Below, piece by piece: positions 30,770-39,711 of a stretch of DNA of 41,413 nucleotides. The notes below the pieces were generated by a model. That model was not told the DNA's origin. It did not search any database and saw only the letters and a list, made by a program, of their open reading frames with translations. The position numbers were made by a program, and so were the translations under genes. Origin of the DNA: a virus (Duplodnaviria > Heunggongvirae > Uroviricota > Caudoviricetes); the IMG/VR virus record IMGVR_UViG_2541047940_000004, positions 1 through 41,413 of that record; one strand, 5' to 3'. How positions within the stretch are numbered: the stretch's first letter is position 1; every line of letters starts with the position of its first letter.

Positions 30770-31420
30770 ATGAATACACAACTGATGGGTGAGCGTATTC
30801 GCGCTCGCAGAAAAGAACTCAAGATTAGGCAGGCTGCCCTTGGCAAGATGGTTGGCGTGTCTAATGTTGCTATTTCCCAATGGGAGCGATCTGAAACTGA
30901 GCCCAATGGCGAAAACCTATTGGCCTTAGCCAAGGCTTTGCAGTGCTCCCCTGATTACCTGTTGAAAGGAGAGGATAGTCTTTCAAACATTGCCTATCAC
31001 AGCAGGCATGATCCAAGAGGTTCGTATCCTCTAATTAGTTGGGTAAGCGCAGGATGTTGGATGGAAGCTGTAGAGCCATATCATAGGCGTGCAATAGATA
31101 ACTGGTACGACACAACGGTAGATTGTTCTGAAGACTCTTTTTGGCTCGATGTTAAAGGCGACTCAATGACTGCCCCGGCAGGACTGAGTATTCCTGAGGG
31201 GATGATTATTCTCGTCGACCCAGAAGTCGAACCACGTAATGGAAAGCTGGTAGTTGCCAAACTTGAAGGAGAAAACGAGGCGACATTCAAAAAGTTAGTT
31301 ATTGATGCCGGTAGAAAATTCCTGAAACCACTCAATCCACAATACCCAATGATTGAAATCAATGGGAACTGTAAAATCATTGGCGTTGTCGTTGATGCCA
31401 AGCTAGCAAACCTTCCTTAA
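30770..31420 (+). CDS. c2: C2 repressor (P22 immunity repressor, LexA-like autocleaving)
   Basis: 216 aa; near-identical to P22 C2 as recalled (MNTQLMGERIRARRK...GVVVDAKLANLP). Confidence 0.9.
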   Translation: MNTQLMGERIRARRKELKIRQAALGKMVGVSNVAISQWERSETEPNGENLLALAKALQCSPDYLLKGEDSLSNIAYHSRHDPRGSYPLISWVSAGCWMEAVEPYHRRAIDNWYDTTVDCSEDSFWLDVKGDSMTAPAGLSIPEGMIILVDPEVEPRNGKLVVAKLEGENEATFKKLVIDAGRKFLKPLNPQYPMIEINGNCKIIGVVVDAKLANLP

Positions 31421-31440
31421 GGGGCTTTCGCCCCTTTTTT
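31421..31440 (+). terminator. Rho-independent terminator after c2
   Basis: GGGGC-tttc-GCCCC followed by TTTTTT. Confidence 0.6.
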
Positions 31441-31509
31441 ATTTCCCGTTAAAAATCAAAGACAAACTAAATTCACGCTCATAAAATTAAGTTTTCTTCA
31501 AAAATACAC

Positions 31510-31538
31510 TTGACCAATAAATTAAGAGGTCTTAAATT
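31510..31538 (+). promoter_or_regulatory. pL-like promoter overlapping OL operator
   Basis: TTGACC, 17-bp spacer, TAAATT; operator palindrome AATTAAGAGGTCTTAAAT at 31519-31536. Confidence 0.5.
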
Positions 31539-31734
31539 TAAGCCATCGGCAGGACGCCGGAAGCCAAACGGAACAGATTGGCGGGCTCTTTAACATCGAC
31601 GAACTCTCAACCTAACCGTTGAGACCAGAACTTGAGTGGTTTTGGGGATGGCGCGAATTGCAGCTGCAAGACAGCGATCGAGAAGATAAGCACCTCGACG
31701 CGTCATGCGCCAAAGCCACTTAAAGGAGACCATC

Positions 31735-32040
31735 ATGGTAACCATTGTCTGGAAAGAATCCAAAGGTACGGCAAAAAGCCGCTACAAAGCTCGCAGAGCA
31801 GAACTTATTGCCGAGCGACGCAGTAATGAAGCACTGGCGCGAAAAATTGCGCTAAAGCTCTCTGGTTGCGTCAGAGCAGACAAAGCAGCTTCACTAGGAA
31901 GCCTTTGCTGCAAAAAGAAAGAAGAAGTCGTTCGAAAAAATAGAAGTATTTATTACAAGGATTCAAACCCATTAGGAAACAAAATACATGCAGTCCAAAA
32001 AATAAAATTGTACAGTAAACTGCCGTACGGTGCTTATTGA
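31735..32040 (+). CDS. N-like antiterminator
   Basis: First gene of the leftward early operon; arginine-rich motif KSRYKARRAELIAERRSNEALARK; start at internal Met MVTIVW of the track ORF. Confidence 0.65.
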   Translation: MVTIVWKESKGTAKSRYKARRAELIAERRSNEALARKIALKLSGCVRADKAASLGSLCCKKKEEVVRKNRSIYYKDSNPLGNKIHAVQKIKLYSKLPYGAY

Positions 32041-32042
32041 GT

Positions 32043-32381
32043 ATGCTTATGGTGAAAAAGACTATTTATGTTAATCCTGACCGCGGACAAAACAGAAAAG
32101 TATCTGATAGAGGTCTTACATCTCGGGACAGGAGGAGAATAGCGAGATGGGAAAAGAGGATAGCATATGCATTAAAAAACGGTGTAACAACTGGATTTAA
32201 TGCTATAGATGACGGTCCTGAATATAAGATTAATGAAGCCCCAATGGACAAAGTTGACAAAGCATTAGCAACACCATTTCCTCGCGATGTCGAAAAAATT
32301 GAAGATGAAAAATATGAGGATGTAATGCACAGAGTTGTTAATCACGCTCACCAACGAAATCCAAATAAAAAATGGTCATAG
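32043..32381 (+). CDS. Hypothetical basic protein (moron at the N 3' end)
   Basis: ORF beginning at or just after the N stop; AT-rich; followed by its own terminator. Confidence 0.5.
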   Translation: MLMVKKTIYVNPDRGQNRKVSDRGLTSRDRRRIARWEKRIAYALKNGVTTGFNAIDDGPEYKINEAPMDKVDKALATPFPRDVEKIEDEKYEDVMHRVVNHAHQRNPNKKWS

Positions 32382-32402
32382 CCCACTTCGGTGGGTTTTT
32401 TA
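32382..32402 (+). terminator. Rho-independent terminator
   Basis: CCCAC-ttcg-GTGGG tetraloop hairpin followed by TTTTTTA. Confidence 0.6.
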
Positions 32403-32410
32403 TTGTCTGA

Positions 32411-32512
32411 ACTAACAGAATTTATTACAGCAAGCCACGCAGCGAAGTGGGTGTGACTTGTGTTGGTCGCCAAAAGCAACGCGGAAAATCAATTCCAGCT
32501 TATTACGATTGA
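32411..32512 (+). pseudogene. Remnant of an N-gene 3' end (lambda N C-terminus-like)
   Basis: Short open frame translating TNRIYYSKPRSEVGVTCVGRQKQRGKSIPAYYD, resembling the lambda N C-terminus (...YSKPGERGITCSGRQKIKGKSIPLI) as recalled; no start codon, preceded by a terminator. Confidence 0.5.
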
Positions 32513-32520
32513 GGTGAGAT

Positions 32521-32970
32521 ATGGAAGAGCAAGCAAACAAGATTCTCGTAGAACTACTGCAAAAAGCCAGTAATGGAATAGACGCGGCTGTTTCATTTAG
32601 CCAGGCACAGATTCCTGATGTTGTTCATCAGTTGCTGCTATGGAATATGGTTGACAGTCTGATTAAAACATTAATGGCCATTCTAACAATCCCACTGGTT
32701 TTCTGGTTTATGAAGAAGCAGTGCCAAAGAGTTGAGACAGGTAAAATCGGTGATGAAGGATATTCATGGGAGAAAGGAAATCCCAAATACAGGCCGACAA
32801 TGGTTTGGGATAGCAAAGGTGATATTAATCTTCTTATCATGCCATTGGTTGGAGTTTTGACTCTGTGGGGGATTTTTATTATTGGTGTAGTAACCAATAT
32901 GACTTGGTTAAAAATTTGGCTGGCCCCAAAGCTTTACCTTATCGAATATGCAGCATCATTGGTTAAGTAA
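32521..32970 (+). CDS. Predicted inner-membrane protein in the SieB-equivalent position
   Basis: 149 aa with two long hydrophobic segments; GAGGTGA RBS; early-left operon downstream of N. Confidence 0.55.
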   Translation: MEEQANKILVELLQKASNGIDAAVSFSQAQIPDVVHQLLLWNMVDSLIKTLMAILTIPLVFWFMKKQCQRVETGKIGDEGYSWEKGNPKYRPTMVWDSKGDINLLIMPLVGVLTLWGIFIIGVVTNMTWLKIWLAPKLYLIEYAASLVK

Positions 32971-32974
32971 TTTC

Positions 32975-33000
32975 AGGCCGCATAGTCGGCCTTTATTTTT
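32975..33000 (+). terminator. Rho-independent terminator
   Basis: AGGCCG-catagt-CGGCCT followed by TTTATTTTT. Confidence 0.55.
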
Positions 33001-33022
33001 GGCATAAACAACAGAGGTGAAT

Positions 33023-33157
33023 ATGAACGCAGTTGAATTTACAAAATGGATGGCAGAGCAAGATATCACAGAAGCCGACGAAAAGGCTGTGTACTACATG
33101 GCTCTGCTATGGATTCACAAAGCAAAAGAGGCTGCAAATGCTCTTGGAGGTGAGTGA
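33023..33157 (+). CDS. Small hypothetical protein (44 aa)
   Basis: GAGG RBS; stop overlaps next start (TGATG); below the track length cutoff. Confidence 0.4.
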   Translation: MNAVEFTKWMAEQDITEADEKAVYYMALLWIHKAKEAANALGGE

Positions 33158-33345
33158 TGAAAGTAAAAATAACTGCTTCTAATACCAGTTTTGTTAGTGT
33201 TGGTGATATTACAGAAGTAATAACAAACCATGATGGAACACAAGTTATGTGGTCTGATTTTTGTAAAAGACATGAGCGAGTTAGTTGGTGTAAAAACGTA
33301 TGGGGAGTCGAATACGAAGAATTACCTGAAATGCATGACGAATAA
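33157..33345 (+). CDS. Small hypothetical protein (62 aa)
   Basis: ATG overlapping upstream stop; track ORF 33154-33345. Confidence 0.45.
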   Translation: MKVKITASNTSFVSVGDITEVITNHDGTQVMWSDFCKRHERVSWCKNVWGVEYEELPEMHDE

Positions 33346-33530
33346 GCACTGTGTATTCATTCCAACGAGTGAATACACGGAGCAATGTCGCTCGTAACTA
33401 AACAGGAGCCGACTTGTTCTGATTATTGGAAATCTTCTTTGCCCTCCAGTGTGAGGGCCTTTTTATATGCATACCAATAACGCTTCACTTGAGGCGTTTT
33501 CGTTATGCAATCAAATATAAGGAGTTACCC

Positions 33531-33665
33531 ATGATGCACTTTCAGCTCGCGGGTAGCGGCGTCATGTCCGCTTTCTACCCGCACGAATCTGAATTATCAC
33601 GCCGAGTTAAACAATTAATCAGAGCAGCAAAGAAACAACTGGAGGCGTTATGCGCAATGAAATAG
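33531..33665 (+). CDS. Small hypothetical protein (44 aa)
   Basis: AAGGAG 6 nt upstream of ATG at 33531; the upstream part of track ORF 33426-33665 is rejected. Confidence 0.4.
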   Translation: MMHFQLAGSGVMSAFYPHESELSRRVKQLIRAAKKQLEALCAMK

Positions 33666-33802
33666 CCATCAATCACCAGATGCTTCGTGCAGCACAAAAC
33701 AAAGCAGTAATAGCCAGATTTATTGGTGATTCAAAAATGTGGCTTGAAGCAAATAAAGCGATGAAATCAGCTATCAACCTTCCGTGGTATCGCAGGAAAT
33801 GA
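33650..33802 (+). CDS. Small hypothetical protein (50 aa)
   Basis: GGAGG 4 nt upstream of ATG; below track cutoff. Confidence 0.4.
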   Translation: MRNEIAINHQMLRAAQNKAVIARFIGDSKMWLEANKAMKSAINLPWYRRK

Positions 33803-33883
33803 GTTTTACAGATAACTGGTCAGACGAAGAATTCATTCGTCAGATGAACAAAATGCTCAATCAGCACAAAGAACAGGAGAAAG

Positions 33884-34195
33884 ATGATGATTCTGACTCT
33901 GAATGATAAGCGTGAAATATCGCAAATAATCGCAAGTTTTACTGATGAAGATTACGAGCGAATCAACAGTGAAGTTGATCGCCTCTGCAAACGTTGCGAC
34001 CCAATAAGCGAAATGCTTCGCTCATATAAACCAGATGAACACACTAAGGACGCTATCGACTGGCTGGAAGATGATGACTGTAACTATCAGGAAAAAGCCG
34101 CTGAATGGTTCTGGGATGCAATAACCGAAAGAGTTAAGGCTGAATATGCCTTCGCAATATTCAAACGCAGACATATTTATGGAGAAGCTGCATGA
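33884..34195 (+). CDS. Hypothetical 103-aa protein
   Basis: ORF immediately upstream of and overlapping the recT-like gene. Confidence 0.5.
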   Translation: MMILTLNDKREISQIIASFTDEDYERINSEVDRLCKRCDPISEMLRSYKPDEHTKDAIDWLEDDDCNYQEKAAEWFWDAITERVKAEYAFAIFKRRHIYGEAA

Positions 34196-35103
34196 GCAAT
34201 ATCGTTGAATTCGTTAAACAGCAAGAGCAGTTATTCTGCGGAGCATTGACTGAACAGACGGTGACATGGGCTAAGGAAAGCCAGTTTGCAATTCAGTATT
34301 TCCAGAAAAACGATTGCCTGGCTAAAACAGCACTGGCAAATCCAACCAGCGCACAGAACGCCATCATCAACGTTGCGGCGATCGGCATCACCTTAAACCC
34401 TGCAAGCAAACTGGCTTATCTAGTTCCGCGCGATGGCATGGTTTGCCTTGATATCAGCTATATGGGATTGCTTCATATTGCAATGGAGTCTGGTGTTATC
34501 TCATGGGGTCAGGCAAAACTTGTTCATGCTAACGATACCTATGAGTCAAACGGGCTTGATAAAGCACCAACCCATAAATACAACGCCTTCGGTGATCGTG
34601 GTGATATCGTTGGCGTTTACTGCACAGTTAAGACGCCGGCAGGTGATTATCTAACGGAAGAGATGAGTCTGGCTGAAATTGAGGCTGTAAGGAAAACAAG
34701 CAAGGCGGCATTCAGCGATAAAGGACCATGGGTAAATCACTGGAATGAGATGGCGCGAAAGACGGTCGTAAAGCGTGCAAGCAAGTATTGGCCTAAGGCA
34801 TCACGTCTTGATAGTGCTATTCACGTACTAAACGAAGAAGAAGGTGTGTGGACTGAACCAGTTATGCCGCACAAATCAGAGGAAGATATCCGCGAAGATG
34901 AACGGAAACGCCAGCAGGAAATAATGGATAAAGCACAACTTCTTTGCGATGAAATGGCTCAGGCAGAAAACATGGACGATTTGAAGCGATATTTTGCAGA
35001 AGCATATCGCCTGACATCTGGAATGAAATTGCAGCAGAACGTACAAGCCATTTACGCAGAATGCAAAGCGAAACTGGAGGTTGCCAGTGAGCAAACTATA
35101 TGA
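34192..35103 (+). CDS. RecT-family single-strand annealing recombinase
   Basis: 303 aa; position in early-left recombination module; resembles RecT-family proteins from memory; family assignment should be confirmed by HMM. Confidence 0.6.
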   Translation: MSNIVEFVKQQEQLFCGALTEQTVTWAKESQFAIQYFQKNDCLAKTALANPTSAQNAIINVAAIGITLNPASKLAYLVPRDGMVCLDISYMGLLHIAMESGVISWGQAKLVHANDTYESNGLDKAPTHKYNAFGDRGDIVGVYCTVKTPAGDYLTEEMSLAEIEAVRKTSKAAFSDKGPWVNHWNEMARKTVVKRASKYWPKASRLDSAIHVLNEEEGVWTEPVMPHKSEEDIREDERKRQQEIMDKAQLLCDEMAQAENMDDLKRYFAEAYRLTSGMKLQQNVQAIYAECKAKLEVASEQTI

Positions 35104-35569
35104 AATTGCCAATGAATACGCAAAATTGATGGATTCAGATTTAGAACCAGAGATGATTGCTGACACAATAGAAGGCATGGAAGGAGAATTTACCGATAAA
35201 ATAGAGCAACTTCTTTCCATTATTAAAAATGAATCTGGTTATGCCGAACGCCTCAAGGAAGAGGCAAAGTCACTGAATGAGCGAGCCGCAGTAATTCAAA
35301 ATAAGATTGACAGCATCAAATCATATATAGCGTCATCGCTTGAAATGGTTGGCAAGAAAAATATTCGAGCAGGTATTCACCAGGTAACAATCCGCAAACC
35401 GTCAGAAACTGTAGAAATCATCGACTCAAGCGCCCTTCCTCCTGAATACGTTGAGTTTGAAACGACAATTAAAGCCGACAAACTGGCAATCAAACACCAA
35501 CTAAAAGCAGGAATAAATATCCCCGGCGCTCAACTCAAAGTTGGGAAACCTTCACTTCTTATCAAATAA
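35087..35569 (+). CDS. Hypothetical protein, possibly Gp157-like recombination-module partner
   Basis: GTG start 6 nt after GGAGG; coiled-coil-like; directly downstream of recT-like gene. Confidence 0.4.
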   Translation: MSKLYEIANEYAKLMDSDLEPEMIADTIEGMEGEFTDKIEQLLSIIKNESGYAERLKEEAKSLNERAAVIQNKIDSIKSYIASSLEMVGKKNIRAGIHQVTIRKPSETVEIIDSSALPPEYVEFETTIKADKLAIKHQLKAGINIPGAQLKVGKPSLLIK

Positions 35570-35580
35570 CGGTATCGCCT

Positions 35581-35895
35581 ATGAAAAAGACTCCATGGGA
35601 GAAATGGGAAGTCGATTTCTTGCGCGAAGTAGCGGCGACAATGCCAGTTGAAGTTATCGCTGAAAAACTGGAAAGGACTGAAAAAGCAGTAATGGCGAAA
35701 GCAACAAGGATTGGCGCTGACATTGTTAGCCGACTTCGTGGAAGACGCTGGACAAGAGCCGAAGTATCACTTTTCGGTAAGTTCTCCGCAGAAGAAATAG
35801 CAATTGCAACCTGCCGCTCAATTTATTCAGTAAGAGCTATGCGATACAAGCTAAAAAAACTCGATGAAGAAAGAGAAGGCATACGAATAAATTAA
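35581..35895 (+). CDS. Hypothetical 104-aa protein
   Basis: ORF in early-left region. Confidence 0.5.
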   Translation: MKKTPWEKWEVDFLREVAATMPVEVIAEKLERTEKAVMAKATRIGADIVSRLRGRRWTRAEVSLFGKFSAEEIAIATCRSIYSVRAMRYKLKKLDEEREGIRIN

Positions 35896-35911
35896 CATGG
35901 AGTAATTAACA

Positions 35912-36193
35912 ATGAAGCTAAACATCGACCTAGGCAAATACGTTATTACCGGAACAAAACACGATCTGATTCTTAGTGAAATAGGAGTTATCAAAGAAGG
36001 TGATAATGCAGGGAAAGAAACATTAAGTCGTATCGGTTATTACAGCAAGTTTGAGCATCTGGTAAAAGAGTTATGCAACCGTGAAATCCTGTTATCTCAG
36101 GCGCAGACGCTACAGGATATTCAGCAGCATATCGAGACTTTAGGTGTATCACTTAGCATGGCTATTGACCAGTTCGTGGAGAGTAAATCATGA
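35912..36193 (+). CDS. Hypothetical 93-aa protein
   Basis: ORF in early-left region. Confidence 0.5.
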   Translation: MKLNIDLGKYVITGTKHDLILSEIGVIKEGDNAGKETLSRIGYYSKFEHLVKELCNREILLSQAQTLQDIQQHIETLGVSLSMAIDQFVESKS

Positions 36194-36354
36194 GAGGACT
36201 TGCATACAATCCCGGCATTCTTCCGGCAGAAATGATTATTCGCCAGCGCGTAAAGCCAATGCCATCGAGAGAGGAATTGCTTAAGAGAAATTCTTTTCCG
36301 TCAGTGAATCAAAACAAATATCTGAATGCGATGTGGTGGAGTGGAAAGAAATGA
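36190..36354 (+). CDS. Small hypothetical protein (54 aa)
   Basis: ATGA overlaps with both neighbours; below track cutoff. Confidence 0.4.
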   Translation: MRGLAYNPGILPAEMIIRQRVKPMPSREELLKRNSFPSVNQNKYLNAMWWSGKK

Positions 36355-36773
36355 AACAAATGACACTAATTGAGATGGATGGTTTTCTGAAAGGTAAATG
36401 CATCCCACGAGATTTAAAGGTTAACGAAACAAATGCTGAGTATCTGGTGCGTAAATTTGCTGAAGCGGAGGCCAAGTGCGCGGCGCTGGCTGCTGAAGTT
36501 GAGGCTGTGAAATCAGCACATCAAGATGCTGTAAACACCATCATGTATACCGCCAATCGAACGGGTGTTTTATACACTGAGAAGGCAATTCAAATGTCCT
36601 GCAAAACCCCGGCCACCGACGCCTTCCTGGCTGAAATTGAACGCAAAGCAATCCGCAAGTTCATTAACAGCATTGAACACATCCTGCGTGACAAGCTGTC
36701 TCCGTATGACACCGAAGAGATGCTTGAGGCTATGCGTATTTTTCTGGAAGAACAGGAAGGTGAGCAAAAATGA
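36351..36773 (+). CDS. Ead/Ea22-like protein (motif-sharing paralog)
   Basis: Contains [16 protein letters not shown], shared with the 37715-38314 gene; start at [10 protein letters not shown] overlaps upstream stop. Confidence 0.5.
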   Translation: MKQMTLIEMDGFLKGKCIPRDLKVNETNAEYLVRKFAEAEAKCAALAAEVEAVKSAHQDAVNTIMYTANRTGVLYTEKAIQMSCKTPATDAFLAEIERKAIRKFINSIEHILRDKLSPYDTEEMLEAMRIFLEEQEGEQK

Positions 36774-37081
36774 TGATCACAAAACAACGTGTAGAAGAAA
36801 TCATATCCCGTATTGAAATGTATGGGCATGGTTCCGGGTATACCGCTGATGAGGTTTATGACCTTGCTGTACTGGCGCTGAATTTATCAAATATCGCAAA
36901 ACTCAAGCGATACGAGCTTGATATGGATGGTTGTGACTCGTTCGGTCAGGATTGTGGCGCTGACATGACTGAAGATTCTGATGGCGATTATGTCCTGTTT
37001 GATGACGTGGTTAAGTTGTTTGAGTTTGATACAACCACTCAAAAGTTAGAAATCCCGGCAAAGGAGGCAACCAGTGAATAA
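36770..37081 (+). CDS. Hypothetical acidic 103-aa protein
   Basis: ORF with overlapping start. Confidence 0.5.
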   Translation: MMITKQRVEEIISRIEMYGHGSGYTADEVYDLAVLALNLSNIAKLKRYELDMDGCDSFGQDCGADMTEDSDGDYVLFDDVVKLFEFDTTTQKLEIPAKEATSE

Positions 37082-37718
37082 CCGCTTTTACATGATGTGC
37101 TTGCGTGAAACTGTAGGTAATAACGCCTCATTCCATTGCCATAACGGCAATGGTTACAGTTCTGATATCGATCGCGCTCATGTTTACACGCTGGAAGAAG
37201 CCCAAAAAACCTGGAATTGTGGTCGAGATATCGATCAGCCTGTTTGCGCTGATAGCGTGGATGCAATGGCAGTGTGGCACGTTGATTGCCAGTACATCCC
37301 TACAGAAAGCCTGATTGAGCCAGATTGCACTGCGTATGTGGCCTATAAAAAAGGTTGCTGGAATGGCAACGATGTTTATTGGCTTCAACACGGTGGATTG
37401 CCAACAGATGACTTCAGTAAAGCGACCATCTTTAGCGTCGCCAACAAAAACGAACCAGGAATAATTTGGTTGCCATTTCCCATTGCTGATGCAGCAAAGC
37501 GCCGGACGTTCAATATCAATAACTTTAACCGCAGAACAATGGTTCAGGGCGCAGGTTTGGTCATGCCTGACTGGTTGAAAGAGCAGAACAGAAGAAAGAA
37601 GTCGCGAAGCGGGAAGGTGCGTTGGAATTGTCCGCATTGCGGAAAAATAACCTGGCAGTACAGCCCATATGATTTTGAAGGCTGTAGTGATTACAACTGT
37701 GAAGGATGGCGAGAATGA
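37074..37718 (+). CDS. Hypothetical Cys-rich protein with C-terminal CxxC...C..C cluster
   Basis: GTG start 6 nt after AAGGAGG; C-terminus WNCPHCGKITWQYSPYDFEGCSDYNCEGW. Confidence 0.55.
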   Translation: MNNRFYMMCLRETVGNNASFHCHNGNGYSSDIDRAHVYTLEEAQKTWNCGRDIDQPVCADSVDAMAVWHVDCQYIPTESLIEPDCTAYVAYKKGCWNGNDVYWLQHGGLPTDDFSKATIFSVANKNEPGIIWLPFPIADAAKRRTFNINNFNRRTMVQGAGLVMPDWLKEQNRRKKSRSGKVRWNCPHCGKITWQYSPYDFEGCSDYNCEGWRE

Positions 37719-38314
37719 CAATTGACTATCAGGTACTGCGTGAGGCGGCAGAAAAGGCAACACCAGACGAATGGGTCGCATTTATTTCGACGGATACTGG
37801 TACTTATGCGGTGCACACGCCCGGTGATGAACGATGTGAAGACGTTATCAAATGGACCGGCTTTGATGGACAGAAAAATGCAGAGAACAACGCTCGTCAT
37901 GTTGCCGCGTTCAACCCAAAGGTTGCACTGGAGCTGCTTGGTGAAATTAAGTGCCTGGAGGACACAAATATTGATGCTATGTGTCGAATTGCAGAGCTTG
38001 AGACTAATCGCGCGGCGCTGGTGGTGGAGAATGAGCTGGCTCGTAAAGCAGTTCAGGCATTCTGCGATGTTGTTGGCGACAACACTGAGGTTATCTGTGA
38101 GGAGGTTGGGAGAGATGGCGTTCTGGTTATTTTGGAGGCCATGAAGGCAACAGGAAATATGCCAGCCACCGACGCTTTCCTGGCTGAAGTACGGGCGCAG
38201 GGCGTGGAGATGGCTATGGAGCATATGCAGTCGAGCGGTTCGTTAACATTTGGAGATTGCTACATATCACTTAACGAGTTCGCCGCCCAGCTTCGCAAAG
38301 GAGGCAACCAGTGA
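37715..38314 (+). CDS. Ead/Ea22-like protein
   Basis: N-terminus MTIDYQVLREAAEKAT parallels the next gene (MSEINYQALREKAEKAT); contains [12 protein letters not shown] motif; ATGA coupling. Confidence 0.55.
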   Translation: MTIDYQVLREAAEKATPDEWVAFISTDTGTYAVHTPGDERCEDVIKWTGFDGQKNAENNARHVAAFNPKVALELLGEIKCLEDTNIDAMCRIAELETNRAALVVENELARKAVQAFCDVVGDNTEVICEEVGRDGVLVILEAMKATGNMPATDAFLAEVRAQGVEMAMEHMQSSGSLTFGDCYISLNEFAAQLRKGGNQ

Positions 38315-39030
38315 GCGAAATTAATTACCAGGCACTGCGTGAAAAGGCAGAGAAAGCAACGTGTGGTGTGTGGTCGCTAGAATATGGAGAGGGCCGATTT
38401 GATGGTGATGATGCACTAATTCATCGCGAGGCTGCTGGATATATTCCCATTTGCAGAATTGAAGGAGCGCATCCAGAAAGCGGTTTCGATGAAGATTTCC
38501 AAATGGAACAGCAGGCCAATGCTGAATTCATCGCCGCAGCCAATCCGGCTACCGTCTTGGCGCTGCTGGGCGAGCTGGAAACAGCAAAAAAGCGCATAGC
38601 AGAACTGGAAGCCGAACCTGTAAGCCAAGCTTACAACTTGCCAGAATTAATCGAAGGCATGGAAGTTTCCATTGATGTAAGTACTTGTGATGCTGATTTA
38701 GGTAATCGCTATTTCGGCACCGTCACCGAGGCGTTAGAACTTGATACTGCCAAGAATGGTTACATCCTCCTGGTTCAGGACGCAGAGCCAAACTTCGATG
38801 TAAATGGCAACTCTCCGGTAACTCCGGATGGTTGGATAAGCTGTAGTGATCGAATGCCGGATACCAAAACAGCCGTTCTTGTTGCCGTGGAGTTTGACAG
38901 GAAAGGTGACTGGCGAATGAAATGGGCGACTTACATCCCGGGTCATCCTGACGCTAATGATGGGTGGATAATTCCTGGTGCGTCGTGGAAACCGTCACAC
39001 TGGATGCCGCTACCAGAGCCTCCACTTTGA
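38311..39030 (+). CDS. Ead/Ea22-like protein with C-terminal DUF551-like domain
   Basis: GTG start 6 nt after AAAGGAGG; C-terminus ...WISCSDRMPD...SHWMPLPEPP typical of DUF551 as recalled. Confidence 0.6.
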   Translation: MSEINYQALREKAEKATCGVWSLEYGEGRFDGDDALIHREAAGYIPICRIEGAHPESGFDEDFQMEQQANAEFIAAANPATVLALLGELETAKKRIAELEAEPVSQAYNLPELIEGMEVSIDVSTCDADLGNRYFGTVTEALELDTAKNGYILLVQDAEPNFDVNGNSPVTPDGWISCSDRMPDTKTAVLVAVEFDRKGDWRMKWATYIPGHPDANDGWIIPGASWKPSHWMPLPEPPL

Positions 39031-39126
39031 AAGCGAAGCTTATACATATCTTTTACATCAGCAATCTATTGTTAATCTCCAATCAATGTTACGTTGTCAT
39101 CTCACTCATGCTTTGGAGGTAGTGAT

Positions 39127-39306
39127 ATGTCTTGTCCAAAATGCGGTTCTGGAAATATTGCAAAAGAAAAAACAATGCGTGGATGGTCTGATGATTATGT
39201 GTGCTGCGATTGCGGATACAACTACTCTAAAGACGCATTTGGAGAGCGTGGTAAAAACGAGTTTGTCAAAATTAATAAAGAACGCGAAGGCAACGAAAAA
39301 AGCTAA
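39127..39306 (+). CDS. Small zinc-ribbon protein (59 aa)
   Basis: GGAGG 7 nt upstream; MSCPKCGSGN...CCDCGYNY with two CxxC pairs. Confidence 0.5.
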   Translation: MSCPKCGSGNIAKEKTMRGWSDDYVCCDCGYNYSKDAFGERGKNEFVKINKEREGNEKS

Positions 39307-39371
39307 TTTATTTATTCATATATGAAAACAATGTAACCAATATTCGAATTGAAGAACTGAAAGAACACCAA

Positions 39372-39392
39372 GCCGCCTGATGGCGGTTTTTT
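39372..39392 (+). terminator. Rho-independent terminator
   Basis: CCGCC-tgat-GGCGG followed by TTTTTT. Confidence 0.55.
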
Positions 39393-39437
39393 ATTGCCTG
39401 ATTTGCAGGTTCGATTCCCTATTCGGAGATAGCACTC

Positions 39438-39638
39438 ATGCAACACGAACTACAACCTGATTCACTGGTTGATTTGAAATTCATCATGGCCGATACTGGC
39501 TTCGGTAAAACCTTCATCTACGACCGGATTAAGTCCGGCGACCTGCCAAAAGCCAAAGTTATCCACGGGCGAGCAAGATGGTTATATCGTGACCATTGTG
39601 AATTCAAAAATAAGCTCTTAAGCCGCGCCAATGGGTAA
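39438..39638 (+). CDS. AlpA-family excisionase / transcriptional regulator (Xis-like)
   Basis: 66 aa; small HTH protein directly beside the att core at the prophage end. Confidence 0.65.
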   Translation: MQHELQPDSLVDLKFIMADTGFGKTFIYDRIKSGDLPKAKVIHGRARWLYRDHCEFKNKLLSRANG

Positions 39639-39711
39639 AATAGCGGGTAAAATATTTTTCACATCTAAAAAACACCATTCCAATCAATCCCCTGCCGCGT
39701 CAAGTAGATGT

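Noticed and set aside
33426-33530. N-terminal 35 residues of track ORF 33426-33665
   Set aside because: AAGGAG sits 6 nt before the internal ATG at 33531; the upstream part has no RBS
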